Assembly (NCBI GenBank): GCA_012719955.1
Contig: JAAXZI010000049.1
Span: 12,309 to 76,308 of the forward strand
Length of the DNA stretch: 64,000 nt
Direction of reading: 5' to 3'
DNA from: Phycisphaerae bacterium
GTDB lineage: Bacteria > Planctomycetota > Phycisphaerae > UBA1845 > PWPN01
Each line of letters starts with the position of its first letter. Position 1 is the first letter of the stretch. The position numbers and the translations under genes were made by a program. Positions 49,635-60,006 of the stretch are shown piece by piece. The notes under the pieces are model-generated. The model had not been told where the DNA came from and made no database searches. It was given only the letters and a program-made list of their open reading frames with translations.

Positions 49635-51011
49635 TCAGAGGCGGGCAGGATGCCCGCCCCCCTTGATATGGTGCAGCCACGCCTGAACGGTAATGCCTAC
49701 CAGCACCAGCCCCGCCGACACCGCGTAGGGCACCGGCAGCCCGAACCGGTCGGCCAGCATCCCGCCCATGGCCGGACCGGCGATACCCATCACCCCCACC
49801 ACCGCCTCGTTGATGGACACGTACCGGGCGGCACGGGTCGGATGGACCAGGGCGTGGTACACGTAGTAGAAGTAAAACGAACCGGCATACACCCCGAAGC
49901 ACACCGCCGCCGTCCAGAACAGCGCCACGTCCCGCCCCACCGCAAATAAGACCATCCCCAGCACGCCGAACAGCCCAAAACCGATCACCGGCCAAGGGCG
50001 GTACATCCAGGTCCGGCTCCAACCCAACAGAAAGCCCACAATCGCCTGCGTTCCACTCAGAAGCAGGAACATCGTGCCCTGGGAAGGCTTGGACAGGCTG
50101 AAGGCCTCAGCACTGACGGGAAAATGGCTGCGGATCATGGTGGCGATCATGCAGCCCAGGCCACCGAACACCCACGCCATCCAGGCCAGGTCGGGCAGAG
50201 AGCCGGCCGCCTTCTCCGAGGGGCGGGTAGCCCGCCCGCCTTGCTCTCCACTGGCACAACAAGTCAGTTCCTGCGGTGATTGCGTGGGGGGCGCCGCCGG
50301 CAGAGGTATAGGGCCCGTGTCGTCAGAAGGCGGACAGGATGTCCGCCCCCCGCTGCCATCCAAAGGCGGGCAGGATGCCCGCCCTCCGATGTCTTCCGAA
50401 GGTGGGCAGGATGTCTGCCCTCCTGGTGGGGCCTCGGCGTGGTGCTTCAGCAGAAATATCCCTATCGCCATCATCGCCGAGGCTGCCGCGTTGAACAGGT
50501 GGCACACCTGCCAGCCGTAAGCCCACAGAAAACCGGCAATAAACGGCCCCAGGGCAAAGCCGCTGCTCCACGAAAACACGTACAATCCTGACGAGCGGGC
50601 CACGCCCTTGTTCTGCCCCTCGTCCACCAGTTTCATAAACACCTGGAACGGCGTGAAGAAAAAGGCGGTCGCGACCCCCTGAATCGCGATGATCACATAC
50701 ATCGCCCGCATGCCCGGCCAGCGCACGTAAGACAGGGCCAGCAGCGCCGTGGCCGTACAGGAAGCCACCAGGATCAACCCGACGTTTCGCCGGTTGACCA
50801 CCTGCCCCGCCCCCAGTGATGACACGAGGTAGACCCCCGCCCAGATGGCGAACAGGCCGCCGGTGGCCATCGATGATCCCGTCATCTCCGCCAGGCGCAC
50901 CGCGCAGACGAACAGAACCGCCGACAATATCACATCCGTAATGCCCGCGAAGGAGTAGACCGTAAGACGAATCAGCGTACGGTCCCAATCTCGCGACAAC
51001 CTGACGGTCAC
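49635..51011 (-). CDS. MFS transporter with a repeat-derived insertion in the central loop
   Basis: There are about 12 hydrophobic segments. The start overlaps the upstream stop (ATGA). The central loop contains GGQTSCPPSEDI/GGRASCPPLDGS/GGRTSCPPSDDT. Confidence 0.8.
   Translation of the reverse strand: MTVRLSRDWDRTLIRLTVYSFAGITDVILSAVLFVCAVRLAEMTGSSMATGGLFAIWAGVYLVSSLGAGQVVNRRNVGLILVASCTATALLALSYVRWPGMRAMYVIIAIQGVATAFFFTPFQVFMKLVDEGQNKGVARSSGLYVFSWSSGFALGPFIAGFLWAYGWQVCHLFNAAASAMMAIGIFLLKHHAEAPPGGQTSCPPSEDIGGRASCPPLDGSGGRTSCPPSDDTGPIPLPAAPPTQSPQELTCCASGEQGGRATRPSEKAAGSLPDLAWMAWVFGGLGCMIATMIRSHFPVSAEAFSLSKPSQGTMFLLLSGTQAIVGFLLGWSRTWMYRPWPVIGFGLFGVLGMVLFAVGRDVALFWTAAVCFGVYAGSFYFYYVYHALVHPTRAARYVSINEAVVGVMGIAGPAMGGMLADRFGLPVPYAVSAGLVLVGITVQAWLHHIKGGGHPARL
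49640..49658. repeat. family-B hairpin forming the last codons of the MFS gene
   Basis: ggcgggca gga tgcccgcc. On the minus strand it reads GGGHPARL followed by the stop. Confidence 0.85.
50329..50419. repeat. family-B hairpin, three copies at exact 36-nt spacing, intragenic and in frame
   Basis: The copies are ggcggacaggatgtccgcc (50329), ggcgggcaggatgcccgcc (50365) and ggtgggcaggatgtctgcc (50401). Confidence 0.85.
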
Positions 51012-52261
51012 GGAACATCCCCTTGGAAAGCCAACTGGTATACGCCCCCGGGCGTGAGTTTTATCGCCACCGGCGGGCCAAGCGGCGTCTGCCCGTCTTC
51101 ATCGAACACCTCTATATGCCCCTTGATACCTGTGTTCCCCTCCAGCCGGAGCACCTGCCGGTCCGGCCCCAGCGCACCGGCCGGCTCATGGCGTTTGCCT
51201 GAGGCGTCGGTGAATACAACCTTCTTTTGCAGCCACCGGGCGAAGATGCGGTTGCGGTCCAGCCCCGGCGTGGCCCCCGCCCCGTACAGGAAGCCGAGGA
51301 CCCGGTCTTCGCGCGTCACCCAGCCGAGGGCGACGATGTACTGATCCGCCGCGCCGAGGCTTCGGCCCAGCTCGCGCTCGGGGCTGAACTTCATGCCGTC
51401 CTGCGAGAGCGTGTACCAGAGCCGGTCGTTGTTGGCATGGAGGCCCATCAGGTAGACAACCTGGCCGTCTTTCTCGAATTTCCTGATGTCGTTCACCATG
51501 TGGTGCGAGGCCAGGCATGTCCCGTCATAGCGGAAGCGTTTGCCGTCCGTCGAGCTGGCCCGGCGGACCTGGCCCGGCTGGGTGAAGCTGCCGAAGTACA
51601 GCCGGTACTGCCCATCCTCGAACAGCAGGACATTCATCCCGTTGATATCCGCCTCGGCAAACGAGGGCCAGTCTTCCATCTCGATGCGGTCCGCGGCACG
51701 GGCCGGGTGCGGCGCGGGCGTGCCGTTCCAGGTGGTCCCGTCCGGACTGATGAACATCGCCGGCTTGTTCAGGCCTTTCGCATCCGGGTAAACCGTGCAG
51801 ACCATGCGGAAGCCGCCATCCGGCAACCGGAGGGCATTCACGTTGCAGACATGGACGAAATCCCCGTGCTCAATCTCCGTCCGCCGGTCGGAGAAGTCGA
51901 GGAAATCACGGGTAAACACGCTGTAGATGCGATCATTGCCGGTCGGCACACCATCCCAGGCGCCGTAGAACACACGCCAGCCGTCGGGCATGGCCACCGC
52001 CGAGGGTGCGTAGATATTCCGAAAGACCCCGGCCCACCGGGGGGCCAGCAAAGGCGAGCGAACGTCCGCCAGGATGTGTAACCGGCCGCTTTCCCAATGT
52101 TTAGGATCGAACGAACCCGCCGAAACGCCATGTATTTCCACGGTGCCCAATTCGGCCTGACCAGCCATCGGGCGAACCTGCACCTGGCCAGCGCCAACCC
52201 GAACTGACAACAGCATCAGACCGCACACCAGGCCTCGGGCAATCCAACGTGACTGGCTCAT
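51008..52261 (-). CDS. secreted hypothetical protein (possibly a beta-propeller glycosidase-like fold)
   Basis: The ATG at 52261 gives the signal peptide MSQSRWIARGLVCGLMLLSVRVGAGQ. It is translationally coupled to the MFS gene. The fold guess rests only on repeated hydrophobic/Gly-Trp patterns. Confidence 0.5.
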   Translation of the reverse strand: MSQSRWIARGLVCGLMLLSVRVGAGQVQVRPMAGQAELGTVEIHGVSAGSFDPKHWESGRLHILADVRSPLLAPRWAGVFRNIYAPSAVAMPDGWRVFYGAWDGVPTGNDRIYSVFTRDFLDFSDRRTEIEHGDFVHVCNVNALRLPDGGFRMVCTVYPDAKGLNKPAMFISPDGTTWNGTPAPHPARAADRIEMEDWPSFAEADINGMNVLLFEDGQYRLYFGSFTQPGQVRRASSTDGKRFRYDGTCLASHHMVNDIRKFEKDGQVVYLMGLHANNDRLWYTLSQDGMKFSPERELGRSLGAADQYIVALGWVTREDRVLGFLYGAGATPGLDRNRIFARWLQKKVVFTDASGKRHEPAGALGPDRQVLRLEGNTGIKGHIEVFDEDGQTPLGPPVAIKLTPGGVYQLAFQGDVP

Positions 52262-52529
52262 TTCGCACCCTCTGCTCCAGAAGACCAAATCCCCGTCAGG
52301 AAAGGCAGCAGTTTACGAGTCTGGCCCGGAAACTCAATGACTTGACATCCTCAGCCGCAGACTCTTGAATGGAACCGCCGTCGGGTGCGTTTCCGCCCAT
52401 CATAATCTCGCGGGTCAATGGCCAAACCACCGGCCAATCCCCCCGCGCCGGGGCGGCGAACGGACGCTCCGGAAAGTTACGGCATGGTTAGGACGGGAAA
52501 CGGCACTAAAATGGGTGGCTCAAGCGCAC

Positions 52530-52601
52530 GTGCCCGTAGCTCAATGGAAGAGCAACGGCCTTCTAAGCCGTAGGTTGCAGGTTCGAGTCCTGCCGGGCAT
52601 A
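52530..52601 (+). tRNA. tRNA-Arg (anticodon UCU)
   Basis: A hand-folded cloverleaf: acceptor gtgcccg/cgggcat (G1-U72 wobble), D arm gctc-aatggaa-gagc, anticodon arm acggc-cttctaa-gccgt, variable aggtt, T arm gcagg-ttcgagt-cctgc, discriminator a. CCA is not encoded. Confidence 0.85.
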
Positions 52602-52938
52602 GTTTCCACCAGGTGAGCGTATCCTTGATCCCCAGGTTTATGTGCCATTGCTCCTGAGCCGTGCCAGAGCATGCCTTTGGCCGCGAGCAGGTGATAGCAA
52701 TCCGTCTGTGGCTGACCCGTTGCCGGCATATGGAAGCCGCATGTAGCCCCGCCCGCCTTGCGCGGTGTTTCCATCCGGCTATTGCCACTCCTGCGGGTGC
52801 GGGTATCATTGGATTCCAAGCGACATAGGGAGCTTACCTATTGCCGCCGTTGAAGTGTGTCCTGGGTAAAAAGGAAGGACTATTGCCGCGGCCGCGAAGC
52901 CATTCCGCCGACGAGCCAGAGAAGAGGAGATTTATTTA

Positions 52939-54414
52939 ATGGCCAGTCAAACCAACCGTCGCGACTTTCTGAAAGCCAGCGCCATGGCCGGCGCGGGCTT
53001 CTGGGTCGCTACCCGCGAGAGTTACGCCCAGAGCCGTTCTCCCAATGAGAAAATCAATGTCGCCGGCATCGGTGTCGGGGGCAAAGGCAGCAGCGACATC
53101 GATCATGCCGCCATGCTGGGCGGCAACGTCGTCGCTCTCTGCGACGTCCGCGAAAGCGCTTTGCAGCAGAAGGCCAAGAAATACCCCAACGCCAAGCTGT
53201 ACAAAGATTATCGCAAGATGCTGGACGAGATGGGCAAGGAAATCGATGCCGTGACGATCAGCACGGCCGACCACGCGCACGCCCACGCGGCCATGCTGGC
53301 CATGATGGCCAAGAAACATGTGTACGTGCAGAAGCCGCTGTGCCACGACGCCTACGAGGCCCGTATGCTCGCCCAGGCCGCCAAGAAGTACGGCGTCTGC
53401 ACGCAGATGGGCAACCAGGGCACCGCCGCCGCCGGCCTGCGCAAGGCCGTCGAGGTCGTGTGGACCGGTCAACTCGGCCACGTCAAAGAGGTCCACGTCT
53501 GGACCAACCGCCCCGTGTGGCCGCAGGGGGCCGGCGCGGTCCTGAATCTGCCGGCGGTCAAGGCGGCCCTCACCGGCAAGGGCAATCCCGAAACCGAACC
53601 CGAGGACGTGGATTGGGATCTCTGGCTGAATACGGCGCCTTATCGCCCCTACCAGAAGCTCTATCAGCCGTTCAACTGGCGCGGCTGGTGGGACTGGGGC
53701 ACCGGCGCGCTGGGCGACATGGCCTGTCACACCGCCAACATGGCCTTCATGGCCTGCAGTCTCGGCTCGCCTGTCAGCCTTGAAGCCGAAGTCTCCGAAT
53801 TCAATAATCAGACCTTCCCGCTCTGGAGCGTGGTACGCTACGAATTCCCCGAGCGCGAAGGCTACAAGGGCGCCAAGCTTCCGCCGCTCAAGTGGGTCTG
53901 GTACGACGGCGGCAACGACAAGCCCCAGTGGGTACATGACAAGCTTAAGAAGCTGTCCAAGGGCCGTTACGGCGGTGGCAGCGGCTCACTGCTCATTGCC
54001 GAGAAAGCCCTGCTCTTCTCGCCCAATGACTACGGCGAGGACTGGCAGATCCTGCCCAACGGTGAAGACAAGTGGATCCCCCGCGACGAAGTCAAGGTCG
54101 AGCAGATTCTGCCGCGCACCCAGGGCAACATCGACGAAGCCATGAAGCGGGAGTGGTTCCAGGCGATCAAGGAGAACAAGCCCGAGATCGCCATGTCGAA
54201 CTTCGACTATGCCGGACGGCTGACCGAAACCGTCGTACTCGGCTGCATCGCCCAGCGCTTCCCCGGCAGGAAGCTGACCTGGGACGGGCCCAACCTCAAG
54301 TTCGTCGCACCGGCCGACGCGAAGGACGACGCCAAGAAACTGGCCGCCGAAGCCAGCAAGTTCGTCAAGCGCGAGTACCGCAAGGGCTGGGAGCTTGACT
54401 GGGATATGGCCTGA
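52939..54414 (+). CDS. Gfo/Idh/MocA family oxidoreductase with Tat signal
   Basis: The twin-arginine signal is NRRDFLKASAMAGAGFWVA. INVAGIGVGGKG is the Rossmann motif. gaggag precedes the ATG. Confidence 0.88.
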   Translation: MASQTNRRDFLKASAMAGAGFWVATRESYAQSRSPNEKINVAGIGVGGKGSSDIDHAAMLGGNVVALCDVRESALQQKAKKYPNAKLYKDYRKMLDEMGKEIDAVTISTADHAHAHAAMLAMMAKKHVYVQKPLCHDAYEARMLAQAAKKYGVCTQMGNQGTAAAGLRKAVEVVWTGQLGHVKEVHVWTNRPVWPQGAGAVLNLPAVKAALTGKGNPETEPEDVDWDLWLNTAPYRPYQKLYQPFNWRGWWDWGTGALGDMACHTANMAFMACSLGSPVSLEAEVSEFNNQTFPLWSVVRYEFPEREGYKGAKLPPLKWVWYDGGNDKPQWVHDKLKKLSKGRYGGGSGSLLIAEKALLFSPNDYGEDWQILPNGEDKWIPRDEVKVEQILPRTQGNIDEAMKREWFQAIKENKPEIAMSNFDYAGRLTETVVLGCIAQRFPGRKLTWDGPNLKFVAPADAKDDAKKLAAEASKFVKREYRKGWELDWDMA

Positions 54415-54468
54415 CAGCCCCTTTCGTGGCGGCCGGCCGTCAGGCCGGGCGCTTCTATGATCAACCAG

Positions 54469-54506
54469 CAGGGCGCGAGCGAACAAGCTCGCGCCCTGTT
54501 TGTCTT
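54469..54506 (+). terminator. intrinsic terminator
   Basis: cagggcgcgagc / gaacaa / gctcgcgccctg is a perfect 12-bp stem, followed by tttgtctt. Confidence 0.8.
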
Positions 54507-54616
54507 GCGGGTATTTCCCCGGGAGCTGCCGCCTTGGTAACCGCTCCTGCCAACCCGCCTGCCCCGGGGTGTTTTTCACCGGGTTAACTATTTTGTTTTC
54601 AAAACCATACGGTTAT

Positions 54617-54645
54617 TTGACGCCCCCCAAAACTCGGAGTATATT
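54617..54645 (+). promoter_or_regulatory. sigma70-like promoter candidate upstream of dnaG
   Basis: ttgacg, a 17-nt spacer, then tatatt. It lies about 130 nt upstream of the dnaG start. Confidence 0.45.
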
Positions 54646-54776
54646 CTTCAGTCTTACCCTTGAGCGAGGTAGACGGACGAAGCAGTTCGTCCTGACATAA
54701 TCTTATATCAAATCCGGACTTAGGCCTTGTCCCACGCGAGAGCTGGGAGGGGGTCGGGGGCGTCTGAGGGCGCAAG

Positions 54777-56612
54777 TTGTCTGACACTGACCGGGAAATC
54801 TTGACGCGGCGAATCCGCGATTCGGTGGACATTGTAGATCTGGTTTCCGGCTACGTGCGCCTCACACGTGCGGGCTCCCAGTTCAAAGGGCGCTGCCCTT
54901 TCCACGAGGAGAAGACCCCTTCGTTTTACGTCCATCCGGTGAAGCAGTTCTTCAAGTGCTATGGCTGCGGGGCGGGCGGCGACGTCTTCAAATTTGTCCA
55001 ACTCAAGGAAAAAGTAGACTTTCTTGAGGCGCGACGCATGCTCGCCGAACGGGTCGGGATCAATCTCGATCTGGAGAGGCACTCTCCCCAGCAAGGCCCC
55101 GGCAAGTCCGACCTGGTCAAGGCCAACGAATGGGCCCAGCGGGTCTTCCGCAAGTATTATGAAGATCCGGTCGCCGGGGAAGCCGCCCGAGCCTACGTGG
55201 CCCGCCGGGGCATTTCTGATGAGATGGTCGAGGCCTTTGGCATCGGCCTGGCCATTGACAGCTTTGACGCACTCCTGCGTCAGGCCAGCCTGGCCAAGAT
55301 CGACCCGGCCGTTCTGGTTGCCGCCGGATTGGTCAAAGAGCGGGCCGGCGGCGGGTACTACGACACCTTCCGCAACCGGTTGATGTTCCCCATTCGTGAC
55401 GTCATGGGGCGGATTATCGCCTTTGGGGGCCGAACTTTGGGGGACGATCCTGCGAAGTACCTCAATACACCGGCCACCGCCCTGTTTGACAAGAGCACCA
55501 ACCTCTTCGGACTGGATCGGGCCCGGGCGGGGATTGAAGCGGCAGGACAGGCAATTGTCGTTGAAGGTTATACCGATTGCATCATGGCCCATCAGTTTGG
55601 CTTCACTGAAACGGTGGCGACACTGGGGACGGCCATGACCGATGCCCATGCGACGCTGCTGCGGCGCTATACCGACCGGGTCATCCTCCTGTTTGACTCT
55701 GATTCGGCAGGCCAAAAAGCCGCCGATCGGGCATTATCAGTCACCTTGACCGGCGGGCTGGACGTGGTTCTTACGCACGTTCCCCAGGGGAAAGATCCGT
55801 GCGATTACCTATTATCGGCGGGTGAAGCTGGTTTCAGGGACGTGTTGAAAGCAGGGGTTCCCGCGCTAGAATTCAAATGGACCCAGGTTGCTGGTCAGTT
55901 CCTGGCCGGCGAGACTGGCCCCAGTCGGCGGAGGGCGATTGAAGCGTTCCTGAACGACCTGGCCGTCTGGTGGGAACGGGGAGCATTGGACCCTATCCAG
56001 AAGGGGTTGGTTCTGAACCAATTAAGTAAGCTCCTGTCCCTCCCTGCGGAGGACGTGCATCGGCAATTGTCCGAGGCAATGCGACGAACCAGACACAGGC
56101 CGTTTTCGGAGCCCCGAAACGCCGAGTCAGGCGATACTGTCGCAGAAAGACATGAAACCAGGCAAACGATCAGTGCTGAGCAGGAGGCCTATCGCCAAAT
56201 TGTTGAGGTGCTTTTGAACGAGCCCGACTACTTTGCGGCCGTGGGCGACCTGTTGAACCCGGCGCGGATTCGTGATCCGGAGCTGTCGGCGGTGGCGGTC
56301 AAGTTGATCGACCTGCTGCGATCCGAGGAGCACTTCCGCCTGGTGGATCTGATCGGGTGCTTTGATTCGCCCCGTTTTGGCGGCTTGATCACCGATCTGG
56401 CCACCGAAGGCGAACGTCACGGCAAGTACGCCGAGACGATCGAGGGAGCATTGGAGTGTCTGCGAGTGGCAAACTCCGCCAGACAGACGGTTCGCCTTGT
56501 GGACCAGGTCCTGGGCGGCCACAAAGAGGACGAGCGATTGCTGGCCCTGGCGGCAAACGCCAGGAACCCGCATTTCTCGTCGGCAAAGGCCCGCAGGAGG
56601 CACCTGAACTAA
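54777..56612 (+). CDS. dnaG: DNA primase
   Basis: The zinc finger is CPFHEEKTPSFYVHPVKQFFKCYGCGAGGDVFKF, and the TOPRIM block is AIVVEGYTDCI...ILLFDSDSAGQKA. The start is a TTG. Confidence 0.93.
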   Translation: MSDTDREILTRRIRDSVDIVDLVSGYVRLTRAGSQFKGRCPFHEEKTPSFYVHPVKQFFKCYGCGAGGDVFKFVQLKEKVDFLEARRMLAERVGINLDLERHSPQQGPGKSDLVKANEWAQRVFRKYYEDPVAGEAARAYVARRGISDEMVEAFGIGLAIDSFDALLRQASLAKIDPAVLVAAGLVKERAGGGYYDTFRNRLMFPIRDVMGRIIAFGGRTLGDDPAKYLNTPATALFDKSTNLFGLDRARAGIEAAGQAIVVEGYTDCIMAHQFGFTETVATLGTAMTDAHATLLRRYTDRVILLFDSDSAGQKAADRALSVTLTGGLDVVLTHVPQGKDPCDYLLSAGEAGFRDVLKAGVPALEFKWTQVAGQFLAGETGPSRRRAIEAFLNDLAVWWERGALDPIQKGLVLNQLSKLLSLPAEDVHRQLSEAMRRTRHRPFSEPRNAESGDTVAERHETRQTISAEQEAYRQIVEVLLNEPDYFAAVGDLLNPARIRDPELSAVAVKLIDLLRSEEHFRLVDLIGCFDSPRFGGLITDLATEGERHGKYAETIEGALECLRVANSARQTVRLVDQVLGGHKEDERLLALAANARNPHFSSAKARRRHLN

Positions 56613-56694
56613 GAGAGGCATAGGCGCGCTTCAAGACCCGCGGGTAACGGCAGGACCGCGCCGCGGGTGACTATAAGAGGCACGGAGACTTTTG

Positions 56695-58467
56695 ATGCCG
56701 AGTAGCAACATGGCTTCGGTAGCTTCGGCAGTATCGTCAGACCCGATAGACGTGGCTCTCCAGGAACTCCTCGAACGCGGCAAGAAGCGTCGAGGGATCG
56801 TTACCTGGGAAGAAATGAACGAGATTCTTCCGGATGAGGCCATCTCACCGGACAAACTCGAGATGATCATGATGACGCTGGAGGAGCACAACATCGAGAT
56901 CATCGACGAGTGCGAAGCCAAAGAACTGGGCATCAGCAACGACAGGCCCCCGACCCGGCCGGCCCAGACGCGCGTCCTTCAGATTGAACCCGAAGAACCG
57001 CTGGAGGGAGAGGAAGAACAGGACGAAGAGTTAATCGAGGACAAGCTCGAAGAAATCGATCCGGAAGACAGCGGTTCGCGGCGGATCGACGATCCCGTGC
57101 GCATGTATCTCACCCAGATGGGCGAGATTCCCCTGCTGACCCGGGCCCAGGAAATCGCCCTGGCCAAGAAGATCGAACTGACCCGCATGGCTTTTCGCAA
57201 GCTGGTGCTGGAGAGCGATTATTGCATCAACCAGGCGGTGGACATCCTGCAGCAAGTGGCCGACGGACGGCTGCCCTTTGACCGCACGATGAAGATCTCC
57301 ACCTCCGAGGCCATGGCCAAGAACACCATCACCAAGCTCCTGCCCGAGAATCTCAGCACCGTCCGCAAGCTCATGGAACTCAACCAGGCCGACTACGAGA
57401 AGCTTTCCACGCGCATGTCGGCCTCGGCCCGCAACCAGATCGTTCGTCAGTTGAACCAGCGCCGCCGGAAGATCGCCAAGCTGCTCGAAGAGCTCTCACT
57501 GCGAACCAGCCGGATCATTCCGTTGATGCGCAAGCTCGAAGCCGTGCACCGCAAAATGGTCGACCTGACCAACCGCATGGCCGCCGAACGCAAGCGCGGG
57601 GCCATGTCCCCGGACGACCTGGGCGCCATGGAGGACGAACTGGCCGGCCTCGAATCACTGGTACTGGAGGGGGTTTCGCAGTTGGGCGAGCGTCTCAAAC
57701 GCATGAAACGCGTCTTCGCCGAGTACGAAGACGCCAAGCGCAAGCTCTCCGGCGGAAACCTGCGCCTGGTGGTCAGCATCGCGAAGAAATACCGGAACCG
57801 CGGCCTGTCCTTCCTGGACATCATCCAGGAGGGCAACACCGGCCTGATGCGCGCGGTGGATAAGTACGAGTACCGTCGCGGCTACAAGTTCAGCACGTAT
57901 GCCACCTGGTGGATCCGCCAGGCCATCACCCGGGCCATCGCCGATCATGCCCGCACCATCCGCATCCCCGTGCACATGATCGAGACCATGAGCCGGCTGC
58001 GCAACATCCAGAAGACCATGCTCCAGGAACTCGGCCGCGAGCCAACCATCGAGGAAGTCGCCCGCCGGGCCAAGATGCCGGTCAGCGAAGCGCGCCGGGT
58101 CATGCAGATCAGCCGTCACCCCATCTCGCTGGACCGCCCCGTCGGCGAAAGCGAGGACTCGTACTTCGGAGACTTCATCGAAGACGAAACCGCCGAATCC
58201 CCCGTTCAGTCGGCCGGCAACGAGATGCTCAAGGATCGCATCGAGGAAGTTCTCAAGACGCTCACCTATCGCGAGCGAGAGATTCTCAAGCTCCGCTACG
58301 GCATCGGCGACGGCTACACCTACACGCTGGAGGAAGTGGGCAAGATCTTTAAGGTCACCCGCGAGCGCGTTCGCCAGGTGGAGGCCAAGGCCATTCGCAA
58401 GCTTCAGCACCCCGTTCGTGCCCGCAAGCTGGAAGGCTTCATCGACGCGAGCGTCGAAGCGTCATGA
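56695..58467 (+). CDS. rpoD: primary RNA polymerase sigma factor (sigma-70)
   Basis: Region 1.1 is acidic. Region 2 reads [56 protein letters not shown]. Region 4 reads [27 protein letters not shown]. Confidence 0.95.
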   Translation: MPSSNMASVASAVSSDPIDVALQELLERGKKRRGIVTWEEMNEILPDEAISPDKLEMIMMTLEEHNIEIIDECEAKELGISNDRPPTRPAQTRVLQIEPEEPLEGEEEQDEELIEDKLEEIDPEDSGSRRIDDPVRMYLTQMGEIPLLTRAQEIALAKKIELTRMAFRKLVLESDYCINQAVDILQQVADGRLPFDRTMKISTSEAMAKNTITKLLPENLSTVRKLMELNQADYEKLSTRMSASARNQIVRQLNQRRRKIAKLLEELSLRTSRIIPLMRKLEAVHRKMVDLTNRMAAERKRGAMSPDDLGAMEDELAGLESLVLEGVSQLGERLKRMKRVFAEYEDAKRKLSGGNLRLVVSIAKKYRNRGLSFLDIIQEGNTGLMRAVDKYEYRRGYKFSTYATWWIRQAITRAIADHARTIRIPVHMIETMSRLRNIQKTMLQELGREPTIEEVARRAKMPVSEARRVMQISRHPISLDRPVGESEDSYFGDFIEDETAESPVQSAGNEMLKDRIEEVLKTLTYREREILKLRYGIGDGYTYTLEEVGKIFKVTRERVRQVEAKAIRKLQHPVRARKLEGFIDASVEAS

Positions 58468-58525
58468 AATGCGCGCCACGGCGTTTGAGCCGTGATCAGT
58501 GATCACCCCATACCATGACACCATA

Positions 58526-58557
58526 ACGGCCGGCCTTCAGTGCCGGCCGTTTTTATT
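58526..58557. terminator. intrinsic terminator between convergent rpoD and dusB
   Basis: acggccggc / cttcagt / gccggccgt is followed by ttttatt on the plus strand. The dusB stop codon sits inside the T-tract. Confidence 0.8.
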
Positions 58558-59638
58558 GCCCGCCACGGCGTTGCGTTCCCTGCCCCTCTTCCGCATGCCT
58601 GCGTCCATCCCTGCCCAGAAGCTCCATCGCCAGCGTGTGCATATTCACGTAAAACTCTGCCGACGACGACAACATGCGCATCCGTTCCTTAAACCGCTTG
58701 CACGGTGGCAGCCGGGTCGCGTACCAGCTCACCCGTTGACGCATGGTGCTGCACGCCAGCCGTTCGCCGCGAATCCGTAGCAGATGCTCGAAATGGCGCG
58801 TCATCAGCGTCAGCCGCTCTTCGACGGTTGGCGCCGGTGGCACGCGCCCGGTGGTCAGAAACGCGTGCGTATCCCGGAAAATCCAGGGATCGCGCAGCGC
58901 TTCCCGGCCGATCATCACCCCCGCGCAGCCGGTGCGATCCATCATCGCCTTGGCATCTTCCGGCCGGCGGATGTCGCCATTGCCGATCACCGGAATCGAC
59001 CGCACCGCCTCCACCACCCGCGCGATGCCATCGAGGCATACCGACCCACTGAACTTCTGCGCTGCCGTCCGCCCATGCACGGTGATCGCCGCCACGCCGG
59101 CCCGCTCCAGGTCGGCGGCCAGGGCCGGGGCCACGATGGAAGTCTCATCCCACCCGAGCCGCATCTTCACCGTGACGGGCACATCGACGGCCCGTACCAC
59201 CCGCTCGGCCAGCCGGGCGGCGCCGGCCGGATCGCGCAGTAGCGCCGAGCCCGCGTCCTTCTTGCACACCTTGTCCACCGGGCAGCCCATGTTGATGTCG
59301 ATGATGCACGCCCCATGGTCCTGGCACCAGCGGGCGGCCTCGGCCAGCTCGTCGGCGTGCGGCCCGTAAAGCTGTATGCACAGCGGCTGGTCGTCAGGGT
59401 CGGTCTCGACGAGTTGCATGGACTTCCAGGTCCGCCGCATCAGCCCGCGCGGGTTCACCAGGTCCGTGCTGGCCAGCGCCAGCCCGCCGAGTGGCCGGAT
59501 GGTCAGCCGGAAAGGCAGATCGCAATACCCGGCGATGGGCGAGAGGAGCAGACGCGTGGCCAATTCCATCCGGCCAATACGCAAGCCCTGCCCCTGCGGC
59601 AGCGAAGCGTCTTTCTCGTGAGGTAAAACCCTGATCAT
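58553..59638 (-). CDS. dusB: tRNA dihydrouridine synthase
   Basis: The motifs are LLSPIAGYCDLPFR, DINMGCPVDKVCKKDAGSALL and ITVHGRTAAQKF. Confidence 0.88.
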   Translation of the reverse strand: MIRVLPHEKDASLPQGQGLRIGRMELATRLLLSPIAGYCDLPFRLTIRPLGGLALASTDLVNPRGLMRRTWKSMQLVETDPDDQPLCIQLYGPHADELAEAARWCQDHGACIIDINMGCPVDKVCKKDAGSALLRDPAGAARLAERVVRAVDVPVTVKMRLGWDETSIVAPALAADLERAGVAAITVHGRTAAQKFSGSVCLDGIARVVEAVRSIPVIGNGDIRRPEDAKAMMDRTGCAGVMIGREALRDPWIFRDTHAFLTTGRVPPAPTVEERLTLMTRHFEHLLRIRGERLACSTMRQRVSWYATRLPPCKRFKERMRMLSSSAEFYVNMHTLAMELLGRDGRRHAEEGQGTQRRGGQ

Positions 59639-60006
59639 GGAGCCATTATTTTAGCACAACAACCCCGTTTCGCCCCGTCGGGTGCGACGGGTCTGTCTGC
59701 CTGCCCCCCTGCCCCCCGGCTATGCGTCCAGAACCAAGGATTATGACCGTGCGCGATCTTGCGGCATGTCCTGGGGCACGTTGCCGGGCCGTGTGGGCCA
59801 CGGTTGTTGGGCAGTGCCCCATGTCGGAATCGTCCCGCACGGCTCAAGAGCAGTGGCACACAGGACGAGCGGCGGTGATTGCACGGGAAGCCAGGAGACG
59901 ATTAAGAGCAAGACTGAGATTGGGGCCAGGAGTAAGAGAAAGAGAAGGAGAAGGATTTACCCGCCCTCGACGCCTCTCGCGAATGGGCATACACTCTACC
60001 CCTGCC

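Noticed and set aside
52602-52938. Integrated element next to tRNA-Arg
   Set aside because: There is no integrase, no repeat of the tRNA 3' end, and only about 340 nt before the next ordinary gene.
52936-55715. Minus-strand ORFs 52936-53937 and 54720-55715
   Set aside because: They are antisense to the Gfo/Idh/MocA oxidoreductase and to dnaG respectively. Both sense genes have strong motifs and SD sequences.
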